A DNA stretch of 24,000 nucleotides from an uncultured archaeon (GCA_963829965.1 CAWHLK010000021.1:22962-46961); one strand, 5' to 3'; positions 8,584 to 16,270 are shown, counted from the first letter of the stretch. A program made the numbers and translations. The notes: generated by a model not told the origin, from the sequence alone.

Positions 8584-10128
8584 TTATTGATGATCTTTAC
8601 GAAAGAGGCTTCTGAGCTTTCGTCTAAGCCTTCCTTTAGCAACGTTGAATGCCATTGTTAGCGTAGGTCTCGAGGACGAGGGCATTTGGCTCAAAGCTCT
8701 CCTTGCTCCTGCCGGATTTCCTCCCTCCGCCATGAACTGAACGTCGAGTAGCCTCAGGGCTTGGTCTTCAGGATAGCGCCTAAGGCCCAAGCTCTGAAGT
8801 TGCCGTGCCTGGTCGTTTCGTCCTGTTGATGCCAAAGCGGTGATCGAATCGGCAAGCATCGCGGGCAACCCCGGAAGATCGCGCAAAAGGATGGCATACA
8901 CGAAATCCACTTTATCGCCCGCCCCCGTAGCGGAATAGTAACGGATGGCTTCCGGATAGATCTCCGAAGGAATCGGGGTTCGATTGAAGAGGTCCTGTAG
9001 AAGTTCGTAAGCCTGTGGCTCCTGCCTCTCACGTACAAGCAGCCTAAACTCGAGCACATCTAAAAACGAATCGTTATCGCCAGCAGCCCGGGCCTTAGTG
9101 AGTTCAGCTCTAGCTTCTTTGTCCTGCTGGTCCAAGATCAAATGGCTTATGAGCAGCCGACGTGCGATTCTTGCTATGTGCGGCCCCGCCACTGTAGTGG
9201 CGGATCGGAGCTCGCGAATGGCGCCCGCAAGATCTCCTTTTCGAATGAGGTCGTTCGCTTTCTTAAGGCCTGCACCTGATTTCAAATGAGGCACCGCGTT
9301 TTCCGCCCGATCTGCCCATTCTTTGGAAGCTTTTAGGTTTCCCCGGTGGCGCATAACGGTCGCAAGCGTGCTCATTGCCAGCGGATTCCGTGGATTCAGC
9401 TCGAGCGCGTAATTCGCGGCGCGCTCAGCTTCGTCAAAGTTTGCAGCGGCCTTGAGCGCAAGTGAGAAGTTTGCCCAGAACGAGGCTCCTGTGGGACAAG
9501 TAGCGACAGCCTGCCGCAACTCGCTCACTGCCTCTTCAAGCGACCTACGCTGTAGGGCAACCATTCCCCTGCGATTGTGATACTGGGCAGTACCCACGAA
9601 CCAATCAGGCGCTTTCGCGAGCATTTGTTCCTGTACCTCCGCGTTATTTTTTGAGCTGGCGAGAATCAGCGAAGCATATGCGTCCGGGTCTTGCGGATAC
9701 AGACTGAGGGACCTATGAAACGTTTCCGAGCTGTTCTCATAGTCTCCTTCAATGTTTGCAAGATTGGCCTTCGCCCGGAGGACGAGAAAGTGGTCCGGAT
9801 CGATCGAGATTGCGGCTTCAATCAAGCGGTGGGAATCCTCGGTCAATGCCATGTACGAGGCGATCTCCGATGCAACTCCTTGGATCGGGGCGCTCGCGTT
9901 TAACTTGATCCGGTTCTGGGCGTAGCTCCAAGCCTCTTCCATTTTGCCCGTCCAGAGCAGAATCAGAGTGGAAAGGGCCTGAAGGTCTTCCGATTCAGGA
10001 TTATTTTGAAGAAGCTGGTCGACAAACGGCTGCGCTCCCGCAAAGCCACTTGCAAAAATCGCGTTCCTCGCTTCCTGTGTATGCTTCGGAAGTTCGCGCG
10101 GAACCACGCTTCGGTCGTCAGTATCCAC
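8584..10128 (-). CDS. TPR/helical-repeat protein
   Basis: 514-aa ORF with a GTG start. It is all-helical and A/L/E/R-rich, with repeated 34-aa-like units (e.g. EAERAANYALELNPRNPLAMSTLATVMRHRGNLKASKEWADRA). No TM segment or signal peptide. Confidence 0.7.
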   Translation of the reverse strand: MDTDDRSVVPRELPKHTQEARNAIFASGFAGAQPFVDQLLQNNPESEDLQALSTLILLWTGKMEEAWSYAQNRIKLNASAPIQGVASEIASYMALTEDSHRLIEAAISIDPDHFLVLRAKANLANIEGDYENSSETFHRSLSLYPQDPDAYASLILASSKNNAEVQEQMLAKAPDWFVGTAQYHNRRGMVALQRRSLEEAVSELRQAVATCPTGASFWANFSLALKAAANFDEAERAANYALELNPRNPLAMSTLATVMRHRGNLKASKEWADRAENAVPHLKSGAGLKKANDLIRKGDLAGAIRELRSATTVAGPHIARIARRLLISHLILDQQDKEARAELTKARAAGDNDSFLDVLEFRLLVRERQEPQAYELLQDLFNRTPIPSEIYPEAIRYYSATGAGDKVDFVYAILLRDLPGLPAMLADSITALASTGRNDQARQLQSLGLRRYPEDQALRLLDVQFMAEGGNPAGARRALSQMPSSSRPTLTMAFNVAKGRLRRKLRSLFRKDHQ

Positions 10129-10164
10129 CGGCTGAATCTTGGCACACCGGCTATGATTTATCGA

Positions 10165-11154
10165 CTACGTGACGACAATGGCCGGCTCGCCGACTTCGAC
10201 TCTTCCGATTCTGGCAGCTCCTTCGATTGAGGTTTTGCTGAACAAGGCGAGCCCACCGCTGGTTTGCGGATCGACGACGACATGCCCAAGCCACTCGGGC
10301 ACATCTTCATCAAACGTTATCGCTTCGCCGACAAATGTGCGGTTTCTTACGCCGCCGCCCGTGGTGTGGCCCTTCTCAATCATTTCCTTGACCGAGGGCA
10401 AAAGCGGCAACGCCTTTGAATCAATATGAATCGCGACCTTGGACGCGCGGCCAACGTTGAACAAATGCCCGGCAAGGCTGAAGCCGGTGATGTCGGTGGC
10501 GCACTTCACGCCTGCCGCGAGTCCCTTATCGCGAGCGTTGTCATTCAGCGTTGACATGGCTTGAATGGCCGCCTCTAAGGCATCGGCTGGGCAATCGTCG
10601 TATTTTGCAGCGGTCGTGATGATTCCTGTGCCCAGTGGTTTGGTGAGATAGATGTCGTCTCCTGGTTCCGCTTCCGTGTTGGCGAACATGTGAGCGGGGT
10701 CCACCAGGCCGGTCACGCTCAGCCCGAATTTCGGCTTTTCATCCTCAATCGAATGTCCTCCAACCACGACCGCTCCTGATTCCGTGGTCTTATCGTACGC
10801 GCCCATCAAAACCTGCGCCCAGACTTCAGGCGGCGCGGCGGCGGGACTGAAACAGCAGAGATTTAACACGGTTAACGGTTTTCCGCCCATGGCGTAAACG
10901 TCGCTGAGGGCGTTTGCTGCTGCGATTGCTCCATAGGAATAAGGGTCGTCCACGATGGGTGTGAAAAAGTCCACCGTCTGCACCAACGCCTGGTTTTCGG
11001 AAATGCGGAAGACGCCCGCGTCGTCGCGGCTGTCGAAACCGACGAGCAGGTCGGGGTGAACAGATTTCGGCAGCTTCGAAAGAACCTCGTAGAGCTGAAG
11101 CTGGCCAAGCTTGCTCGCGCATCCGGCGCTCGCAACGAGATGGGTGAGGCGCAT
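10165..11154 (-). CDS. selD: selenide, water dikinase (selenophosphate synthetase), Cys-type
   Basis: N-terminal RLTHLVASAGCASKLG corresponds to the E. coli SelD RLTQYSHGAGCGCKI motif, with the Cys17 and Lys20 equivalents present. DDAGV and VQTVDFFTPIVDDPYSYGAIAAANALSDVYAMGGKPL are typical SelD/AIR-synthase-fold motifs. An in-frame TAA lies 9 nt upstream of the ATG. Confidence 0.9.
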   Translation of the reverse strand: MRLTHLVASAGCASKLGQLQLYEVLSKLPKSVHPDLLVGFDSRDDAGVFRISENQALVQTVDFFTPIVDDPYSYGAIAAANALSDVYAMGGKPLTVLNLCCFSPAAAPPEVWAQVLMGAYDKTTESGAVVVGGHSIEDEKPKFGLSVTGLVDPAHMFANTEAEPGDDIYLTKPLGTGIITTAAKYDDCPADALEAAIQAMSTLNDNARDKGLAAGVKCATDITGFSLAGHLFNVGRASKVAIHIDSKALPLLPSVKEMIEKGHTTGGGVRNRTFVGEAITFDEDVPEWLGHVVVDPQTSGGLALFSKTSIEGAARIGRVEVGEPAIVVT

Positions 11155-11218
11155 ACGGCCAGTTTACTGGCGGGAGAGAGGTGAAAGCGTAAAGGGTAAA
11201 GGCGCCCGAGAGAGGGTG

Positions 11219-11230
11219 ATCGATATCGAT
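11219..11230. repeat. perfect 12-bp palindrome ATCGATATCGAT in the selD / Kelch-gene divergent region
   Basis: Read directly from the sequence. Function unknown; it may be a dimeric regulator site. Confidence 0.5.
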
Positions 11231-11297
11231 GAAAGATCCCGTCGATTCAATGAAATGCTGGACGTTCATCCCCGCCGATTCCGGCTTTTAGCCTCGC

Positions 11298-11326
11298 TTT
11301 ACATAATTCTGGCCCCATGTTATAAT
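11298..11326 (+). promoter_or_regulatory. near-consensus sigma70 promoter TTTACA-17-TATAAT
   Basis: Hexamers at 11298-11303 and 11321-11326 with a 17-nt spacer. The -10 lies about 52 nt upstream of ATG 11379, which has a GGGAGG SD. Confidence 0.6.
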
Positions 11327-11378
11327 GCCGCTATTGAGGTTTCCCAGGACTAGGGGAGGCTTTCAATGGGAGGTCCAA

Positions 11379-11933
11379 ATGAGTAATCGGCTTGAAATCA
11401 GCCGTAGGACATTTATTGGCGGGGCGGCTTCGGTTGCGGCCATACCACTCTTGGTTGGCAAATCCGTGGCGTCGCCCAAAACCGGCCCTGTCGCTAAAAA
11501 GAGCAGAGCCCTCGCTCGCGGAGGTCGCCCCCGATTTCTGCACGCCGCTGCAGCTCTATCGGATGGCCGAGTTCTCGTGTGCGGGGGATACAACACCGAC
11601 GCAACGAGCCGTGATTTACTTGGTCAGCAGCCTTCGACTAGCGTCCAAATATTCGACCCTGCTTCGGGCAAGTGGAGCGAGTGCGCTCCCTTAAAGACCC
11701 CAAGAGCCAGGCATGCCGCGGTGGGGTTACCCGACGGCCGCGTGGCAGTTATCGGCGGGTTCTTTAACTCGCCACTGAACTCGGTCGAGATCTACGATCC
11801 AATCACAGATCGATGGGCTGCAGGCACGGCTTTGCCCCAACCGATTTGCGACCATACCGCCAGTCTCGTTCGAGACGGCATTGTCCTGATGGGTGGACCT
11901 ACGGGGACACTCGTTTTGAAAGTAAACATATGA
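11379..11933 (+). CDS. Tat-signal Kelch-repeat protein, unusually short (about 2.5 blades)
   Basis: MSNRLEISRRTFIGGAASVAAIPLLVGKSVA-SP has a twin-arginine motif and an AxA-like cleavage site. Kelch signatures: LSDGRVLVCGGYN, LPDGRVAVIGGF, VRDGIVLMGGP. GGGAGG SD 5 nt upstream. The track's ATG 11325 adds 18 implausible residues. Confidence 0.75.
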   Translation: MSNRLEISRRTFIGGAASVAAIPLLVGKSVASPKTGPVAKKSRALARGGRPRFLHAAAALSDGRVLVCGGYNTDATSRDLLGQQPSTSVQIFDPASGKWSECAPLKTPRARHAAVGLPDGRVAVIGGFFNSPLNSVEIYDPITDRWAAGTALPQPICDHTASLVRDGIVLMGGPTGTLVLKVNI

Positions 11934-11960
11934 GCCGGCGACGGCCATAAGGAGATAGAT

Positions 11961-12365
11961 ATGCCTATTACTATGATTATGGATGGAGTGCCGGCCGTTA
12001 TCCCGATCGATTCGCTAACGGAAGGCTACAAAGTGAACCTGCTGGTCCCCGCGGTCAAATACGACGTTCTCACCGTGAACTTCGCTTCGGTCCCCGTTAT
12101 GCCGGGAATAATGCATTGGGGCGCTGAAGGACACCTCATAGCTGGGGTCAGGTTCATTTTTGTTGAAGCCTTGGATGGCGAATCTGAGCCTCCGTTTATG
12201 ACGATCACGCTCACCGGAGTCCTTATCGAGGAGTTTAAATTGAACGCAGGTTCAAGCGGGGAACCCTACGTAACGATGTCCCTATCGTGGGAAAGCATGA
12301 CAGTGGCAACGACAGGCGTGGGCGGCAGCTCGGCGATGTTTACACCGGCGGGCCCTCTTGGGTGA
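11961..12365 (+). CDS. small beta-rich protein, Hcp / tail-tube-like (tentative)
   Basis: 134 aa with an AAGGAG SD. The C-terminal half (PFMTITLTGVLIEEFKLNAGSSGEPYVTMSLSWESMTV) resembles the Hcp (PF05638) pattern (..l.L.nvlIssy...g.....p.E.vsLsF.ki.). The N-terminal IMDGVP loosely resembles Hcp's KIDGIKGES. This is pattern recognition only. Confidence 0.35.
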   Translation: MPITMIMDGVPAVIPIDSLTEGYKVNLLVPAVKYDVLTVNFASVPVMPGIMHWGAEGHLIAGVRFIFVEALDGESEPPFMTITLTGVLIEEFKLNAGSSGEPYVTMSLSWESMTVATTGVGGSSAMFTPAGPLG

Positions 12366-12377
12366 GCGAAATGGAGA

Positions 12378-12398
12378 GTAAACGGTAAATCGTAAACT
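12378..12398 (+). repeat. 7-bp tandem repeat x3 (GTAAACG GTAAATC GTAAACT)
   Basis: Read directly from the sequence, in the noncoding gap between the Hcp-like gene and the IS. Confidence 0.6.
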
Positions 12399-12443
12399 GT
12401 GAAGGGGAGGGAGCAAAGGCGGGCAGGTTTATAGTGGTTCTCA

Positions 12444-12465
12444 GACTTGTCTGACTTGTCCGACT
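12444..12465 (+). repeat. 9-bp tandem repeat x2.5 (GACTTGTCt GACTTGTCc GACT)
   Basis: Read directly. The minus strand reads GTCGGACAAGTCAGACAAGTC. Confidence 0.6.
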
Positions 12466-12526
12466 CAGCCACGTCCGCCTAGACTTCCCCTTTCTCTCTT
12501 ACGCTCCTCCGCCGAGCCCCCGTGGA

Positions 12527-12585
12527 GCCTCACGTAAAAACCTGACCCAAACTAATCGGTTGCCTCATTTAAAAAGCTGACCGAA
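12527..12585. repeat. IS left terminal inverted repeat, made of two ~24-bp subrepeats
   Basis: The subrepeats GCCTCACGTAAAAACCTGACCCAA (12527-12550) and TGCCTCATTTAAAAAGCTGACCGAA (12561-12585) are about 80% identical to each other. Confidence 0.75.
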
Positions 12586-13684
12586 TCTTTGAAATTCACC
12601 GAGTTCTAGTTTGATCTTGAGAAGATCCTTTCTTAGCTGGACGGGGTTGAGGGCGAGGTACGCCTCTTCCAGTTCTTGCTTTTGCTTCTCGCTAAGGATT
12701 CCGCTTTCAAGAAGACGGCGGTATGGAGTTTTGGCGACGTGCTTGCCCTTGGTGCTCGGTTCGAAGAAGTTGACTAGATACCTGAGCAGGCTGTACATGC
12801 GGCGAAGTAGATTGAACTGCTCCTCGGTCTCGTAGCGGCGATACCCAGCATGTTTCCTAACGATCGCGCCATTCTTTTGCTCGATTCTGCATTGGTCGTT
12901 CTTGTGATAGGGGCGGCACCGCGTGAGCTGGATTTCCTTATCTAAGCAGAACTTATGCAGGTGCCAGTTGAGGAACTCGGATCCGTTGTCTGAGTCGAGT
13001 CCCAGCATTTGAAAGGGCAAGCTGCGTCGAATGCCCTCAAGCGCATTGGTGGTTTCTATTTGCCCTTTGGCTTTAAGCACCCTGAACTCGCTCCACCCGG
13101 TTGCGACGTCGGTGTAGCCCACTGTATGGAAGAATGCCCCCTCGTAACTCTCCCCGCAATGCGCGACGCAGTCGATCTCTCCAAAGCCCGGGCGTGCATC
13201 TTCCCAGCCGCCTGCTAGCCTTATCGCGACTTGGCTTTTAAGCAAGCCGCTTGGGCGTGTGCTGCAGATGCCTTTGCCCTTTAGGTGGCGATGCCTGCTT
13301 CAGCAAACGGTTGATCGTCGCCGCGCTCATTTTTAGAAGCTTGCCCCTGGTCGGCTCGGGCAGGCAGAGTTCGCCATGGCGTTCAAGCGCCTCGACGAAC
13401 TCCGTCATGAACGGCGCCAGCCGTTTGCCGGTCAGAAAGTCCGAGAGCTTCCAAACCTTAACCAAAGCGGCCTCCTCGTTCGGGCCGTAGACTCGCTTAC
13501 GATTGCGAGAAGACCGGGCGCCGCACGAGACCGGCCGCGCCAGGCGACCGACTGCATACTTGCGGTTCCAACCTGTCGCCTGGCATAACGAGTCCAAAAT
13601 GCGGCCCTTACCCTTACGGTCAGCCTGCTTGTATTCACGCTGATACCGAACCACCAAATCACGCCTAGTCGACATGCTCAACAT
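12565..13684 (-). pseudogene. DDE (rve/integrase-core) transposase, IS481/ISNCY-like, frame broken by a net +1 shift
   Basis: ORF 13238-13684 is the N-terminal HTH-like part. ORF 12565-13245 holds the catalytic core (EIDCVAHCG ... LGLDSDNGSEF ... RCRPYHKNDQCRIEQKNG). The +1 frame already reads HRHLKGKGICSTRPSGLLKSQVAIR upstream of the track start, so the break lies about 13281-13297. The span is 1120 nt = 3n+1, giving about 373 aa once corrected. Confidence 0.85.
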
Positions 13685-13703
13685 ACACCTCCCATGCTTG
13701 CGC

Positions 13704-13762
13704 TTGGGTCAGGTTTTTATGTGAGGCAACCGGATCAGTTTCGGTCAGCTATTAGATGAGGC
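13704..13762. repeat. IS right terminal inverted repeat, made of two ~24-bp subrepeats
   Basis: TTGGGTCAGGTTTTTATGTGAGGCAACC (13704-13731) and TTCGGTCAGCTATTAGATGAGGC (13740-13762) are reverse complements of the left-end subrepeats. Confidence 0.75.
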
Positions 13763-13773
13763 AGTGCGGCCCC

Positions 13774-13803
13774 TTGCGCACCAACCCCGGACTCGTTCAT
13801 AAT
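13774..13803 (+). promoter_or_regulatory. candidate promoter TTGCGC-18-CATAAT for rpmG-rpmF
   Basis: Hexamers at 13774-13779 and 13798-13803. The -35 begins 12 bp after the IS right end. Confidence 0.3.
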
Positions 13804-13841
13804 AGCAAGGCTGCCGGAAGCTAACCGCAGCAAGAAATGCC

Positions 13842-14009
13842 ATGGCCAAGAAATCAGAAGCCCGAGAAATCATTCGTGTGGTGTGCACCGAAGATGGAAA
13901 GAACTATTACACCACCACGAAAAACAAGCGCAACACGACCGAGCGCTTGGAACTTATGAAGTACAACCCGCGGCTTCGCAAGCACACGCTGCACCGAGAG
14001 AAGAAGTAA
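13842..14009 (+). CDS. rpmG: 50S ribosomal protein L33
   Basis: [55 protein letters not shown] matches the L33 signature ([20 protein letters not shown]). It is too short for the ORF track. An alternative in-frame ATG lies at 13836. There is only one Cys, so it is not a Zn-ribbon form. Confidence 0.9.
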   Translation: MAKKSEAREIIRVVCTEDGKNYYTTTKNKRNTTERLELMKYNPRLRKHTLHREKK

Positions 14010-14200
14010 TGCCGAATCCAAAACGCCGCCACTCCCACCAGCGCACCGCCAAGCGCCGAACCCATTACACGGCCACGATGCCTGAGATCCAGGCCAACAA
14101 GCAGGTCGGCGGGGATCCTTACGTGCTTCGTCACCGCGCGACCACGGATGGCTACTACAAGGGCCGCAAGCTTCCTGGCTTTAACGAAAGCGAATCCTAG
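14009..14200 (+). CDS. rpmF: 50S ribosomal protein L32
   Basis: [20 protein letters not shown]...LRHRATTDGYYKGRKL matches L32 (MAVPKRR.S..R...RR.H; DGYYRGRKV in E. coli). The start overlaps the rpmG stop (TAATG). No Cys. The track shows it only as the tail of ORF 13883-14200. Confidence 0.9.
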   Translation: MPNPKRRHSHQRTAKRRTHYTATMPEIQANKQVGGDPYVLRHRATTDGYYKGRKLPGFNESES

Positions 14201-14213
14201 GATTTAGTTAAAT

Positions 14214-14247
14214 TCTGGGTCGGTGAGCTTTCGTTCGCCGACCCAGA
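14214..14247. terminator. 13-bp stem hairpin between convergent rpmF and the beta-helix gene
   Basis: TCTGGGTCGGTGA-GCTTTCGT-TCGCCGACCCAGA, with one G-U pair. There is no strong T tract on either side, so it is a terminator candidate only. Confidence 0.5.
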
Positions 14248-14372
14248 ACTAATTACAAATGCCGTGATCGCCATCGCTGAGCTTGGTTCGCTGGGCGTGG
14301 CTCATTTTTAGTTTCTCAGGATGGATGCCGGGTTTTAGAGCGCCCGGTGGGCCGAGGCACACTGAAATTTTG

Positions 14373-15467
14373 TTACGGTTTCGCGCCGTAGATGTACGAT
14401 CCTGAACCGGAGTCAACACTTTCTGTTGGACCGACCAGGGCACTGCCGTTTATAACCCCGTTATAATCGACGAGAAGATCGGTGTGATTCCCTGATAGGG
14501 TTACCCCCGACGCATTTGCAAAGCTGTGATCCTCGGCCCTTATTCCGGTGTAAAAGCCAGAAACCGTTCCGTTTGACACGTCGATTGATCCGCCATCTTC
14601 TGCGGCAATCCCAGAACTAGCGGAGGAACTTCCGGCACCCATAAACGTGCAACCTTCCGCATTGATGTTAGCGCCTGTAGCTGCATACAGCATTTTTTCA
14701 ACCTTGTCATCACTGCAGGAAAACCCGTATCCAAGGTTTACAATGGCGCTCTCTGAAGCGTAAACCGAGTAGAGAGTTGACGAGTATATGGTGGAACTAG
14801 AATCTAAAGAGACGTTCGCCCCAGAAATTGCTGTGACACCGCGGTCGAAGTTTATGACTTCGACTCCCGAACAGTTGATCGAGGCATTAGTTGACACAAA
14901 TAGTCCTGCTCCATCGCCACTTGTGCCCTGCCCAACGATGCTCACATTGGACAACATGGCTATGTTGTGTCCGCTATCCAGAGTTAACCCGTTCCCGGGA
15001 AAGCCGTTGCCGCCTAAAAGGATGTTCGAGGCAGAATCGCCGATAATGGAAATCTTCGAGCCGCTGCCATGGTCAAGGGAAAAGGAGCCGGTGAAGGTGT
15101 CAAGGAGTACACCATGGGCAGTTGAAATAGATAAGTGCAGGAAGGCCCCGTCAGCGATCCGGGCTTCCAAGGCAAAGGCCCACGCATCCTGAAGACTTGG
15201 GAACTGCTGCCCCACACCGATGACCAGCGTCGTGTTCGATCGAACGAAGTTCAACTCCCAGCTTCCAAAGCCGTTGGAAGGATACGGTCCATGTGCCGGT
15301 AGCGCTTTTACCGCTCGATACCAGTTGCCACCGTATTGAACAAGATCGCCAGCAGCGTATTCGGCGGTTGAACTGAAGGCAGGCGGGTAACTCTGTGCCC
15401 TTCCGAGCGCAGTAATGAGAAAAAGTGCCAAGCAGGCGAGAATGCAAAAGGTGCGATTTCGTTTCAT
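14373..15467 (-). CDS. secreted protein with an N-terminal CBM5/12-like module and a right-handed beta-helix-like body
   Basis: Signal peptide MKRNRTFCILACLALFLITALGRAQS. AEYAAGDLVQYGGNWYRAV...W fits the chitin-binding type-3 (PF02839) pattern. The rest is G/S/N/V-rich with roughly 22-25-aa periodic segments typical of parallel beta-helices. GGGGGA SD. Confidence 0.7.
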   Translation of the reverse strand: MKRNRTFCILACLALFLITALGRAQSYPPAFSSTAEYAAGDLVQYGGNWYRAVKALPAHGPYPSNGFGSWELNFVRSNTTLVIGVGQQFPSLQDAWAFALEARIADGAFLHLSISTAHGVLLDTFTGSFSLDHGSGSKISIIGDSASNILLGGNGFPGNGLTLDSGHNIAMLSNVSIVGQGTSGDGAGLFVSTNASINCSGVEVINFDRGVTAISGANVSLDSSSTIYSSTLYSVYASESAIVNLGYGFSCSDDKVEKMLYAATGANINAEGCTFMGAGSSSASSGIAAEDGGSIDVSNGTVSGFYTGIRAEDHSFANASGVTLSGNHTDLLVDYNGVINGSALVGPTESVDSGSGSYIYGAKP

Positions 15468-15598
15468 GTTGTTCCCCCAAAGAAATTATTTTAACGTAAT
15501 GAAGTTGCCGCAGTAGGACTAATCTCTCAGAAATTGGGTGTAAGAACTACGTTGGCTATGGGCAGCCCGCAGTGGGGTTTGAGCAAGGGGACACGGCT

Positions 15599-16258
15599 CT
15601 ATCCTTTCGCTTTCTGGGGGCACCGGTCAAACATCAGCTTCAGATACGCGTCTTCGACCTCTTCCTGGGTAATCAAGCCTTCTTCGATGAGCCGATCAAT
15701 CTCCATGTTCTTCAAAAATCCCATGAGCATCGCCGACATGAGTTCGGGGCGAACTGCCGACCAAATAGCGCCCGCATCCTGCGCCTCTTTGATTAGCTGG
15801 GTCACGCCTTCGTAGAACGCGCACTCGTGGTTCTTAAGCTCGGGATTCTCGTCCCGCTGAGTCAGTTTGATGCGGGTGAGATCGTACATCGCGAGGCGCG
15901 ACTGGTCGAACCGGCGCTGCAAAGCGATGTGGGTAAAAGCGCGCAGTCTTTCCCCCGGTGACAGCGAAGGGTCGATTCCCGCGAGCAAGCTTCGGATGTC
16001 GCAAAGATTCCGAATGACGACGTGGGTCGCGACGTCTTCTTTCGACTTGAAGTGCTGGTACAGAGTGGGGCGGGAAATGCCGATCGCCTCGGTGATGTCC
16101 TCAAGGGTCATCGCGTTATAGCCCTTGGTTTTGATCAACTCAACCGCAGCGTCCAAAATGGCGTTCTCTCGAAGCTCCCATTGACGCTCCTTCATGGAAG
16201 GGCGGCACGAAGGCTGCTCTCTTGGGGCGGCTCCTAAAAGATCGTCATTGGCCCTCAT
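15599..16258 (-). CDS. TetR/AcrR family transcriptional regulator
   Basis: HTH region ILDAAVELIKTKGYNAMTLEDITEAIGISRPTLYQHFKSKEDV. It is divergent from the efflux operon. An alternative start is ATG 16195. Confidence 0.9.
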   Translation of the reverse strand: MRANDDLLGAAPREQPSCRPSMKERQWELRENAILDAAVELIKTKGYNAMTLEDITEAIGISRPTLYQHFKSKEDVATHVVIRNLCDIRSLLAGIDPSLSPGERLRAFTHIALQRRFDQSRLAMYDLTRIKLTQRDENPELKNHECAFYEGVTQLIKEAQDAGAIWSAVRPELMSAMLMGFLKNMEIDRLIEEGLITQEEVEDAYLKLMFDRCPQKAKG

Positions 16259-16264
16259 GGCTCA

Positions 16265-16270
16265 ATTATA
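16265..16270 (-). promoter_or_regulatory. -10 hexamer TATAAT 6 nt upstream of the tetR ATG (leaderless-type)
   Basis: The minus strand reads GATATAATTGAGCCATG. Confidence 0.4.

Larger units (their letters stand above)
12527..13762 (-). mobile_element. insertion sequence (~1.24 kb) with an rve-type DDE transposase and ~60-bp imperfect terminal inverted repeats
   Basis: The ends GCCTCACGTAAAAACCTGACCCAAACTAATCGGTTGCCTCATTTAAAAAGCTGACCGAA (12527-12585) and the reverse complement of 13704-13762 align at about 80% identity. A transposase ORF fills the interior. No clear target-site duplication seen. Confidence 0.8.

Noticed and set aside
13238-13300. Programmed ribosomal frameshift in the transposase, as in IS3-family orfAB
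   Set aside because: The required shift is +1, not -1. No X XXY YYZ slippery heptamer or downstream structure is present at the junction. Related single-ORF rve transposases do not use frameshifting.
13764-13841. Zur/Fur-type box upstream of the Cys-less rpmG-rpmF pair
   Set aside because: No AT-rich palindrome resembling a Fur-family box is visible. The region is GC-rich apart from the -10.
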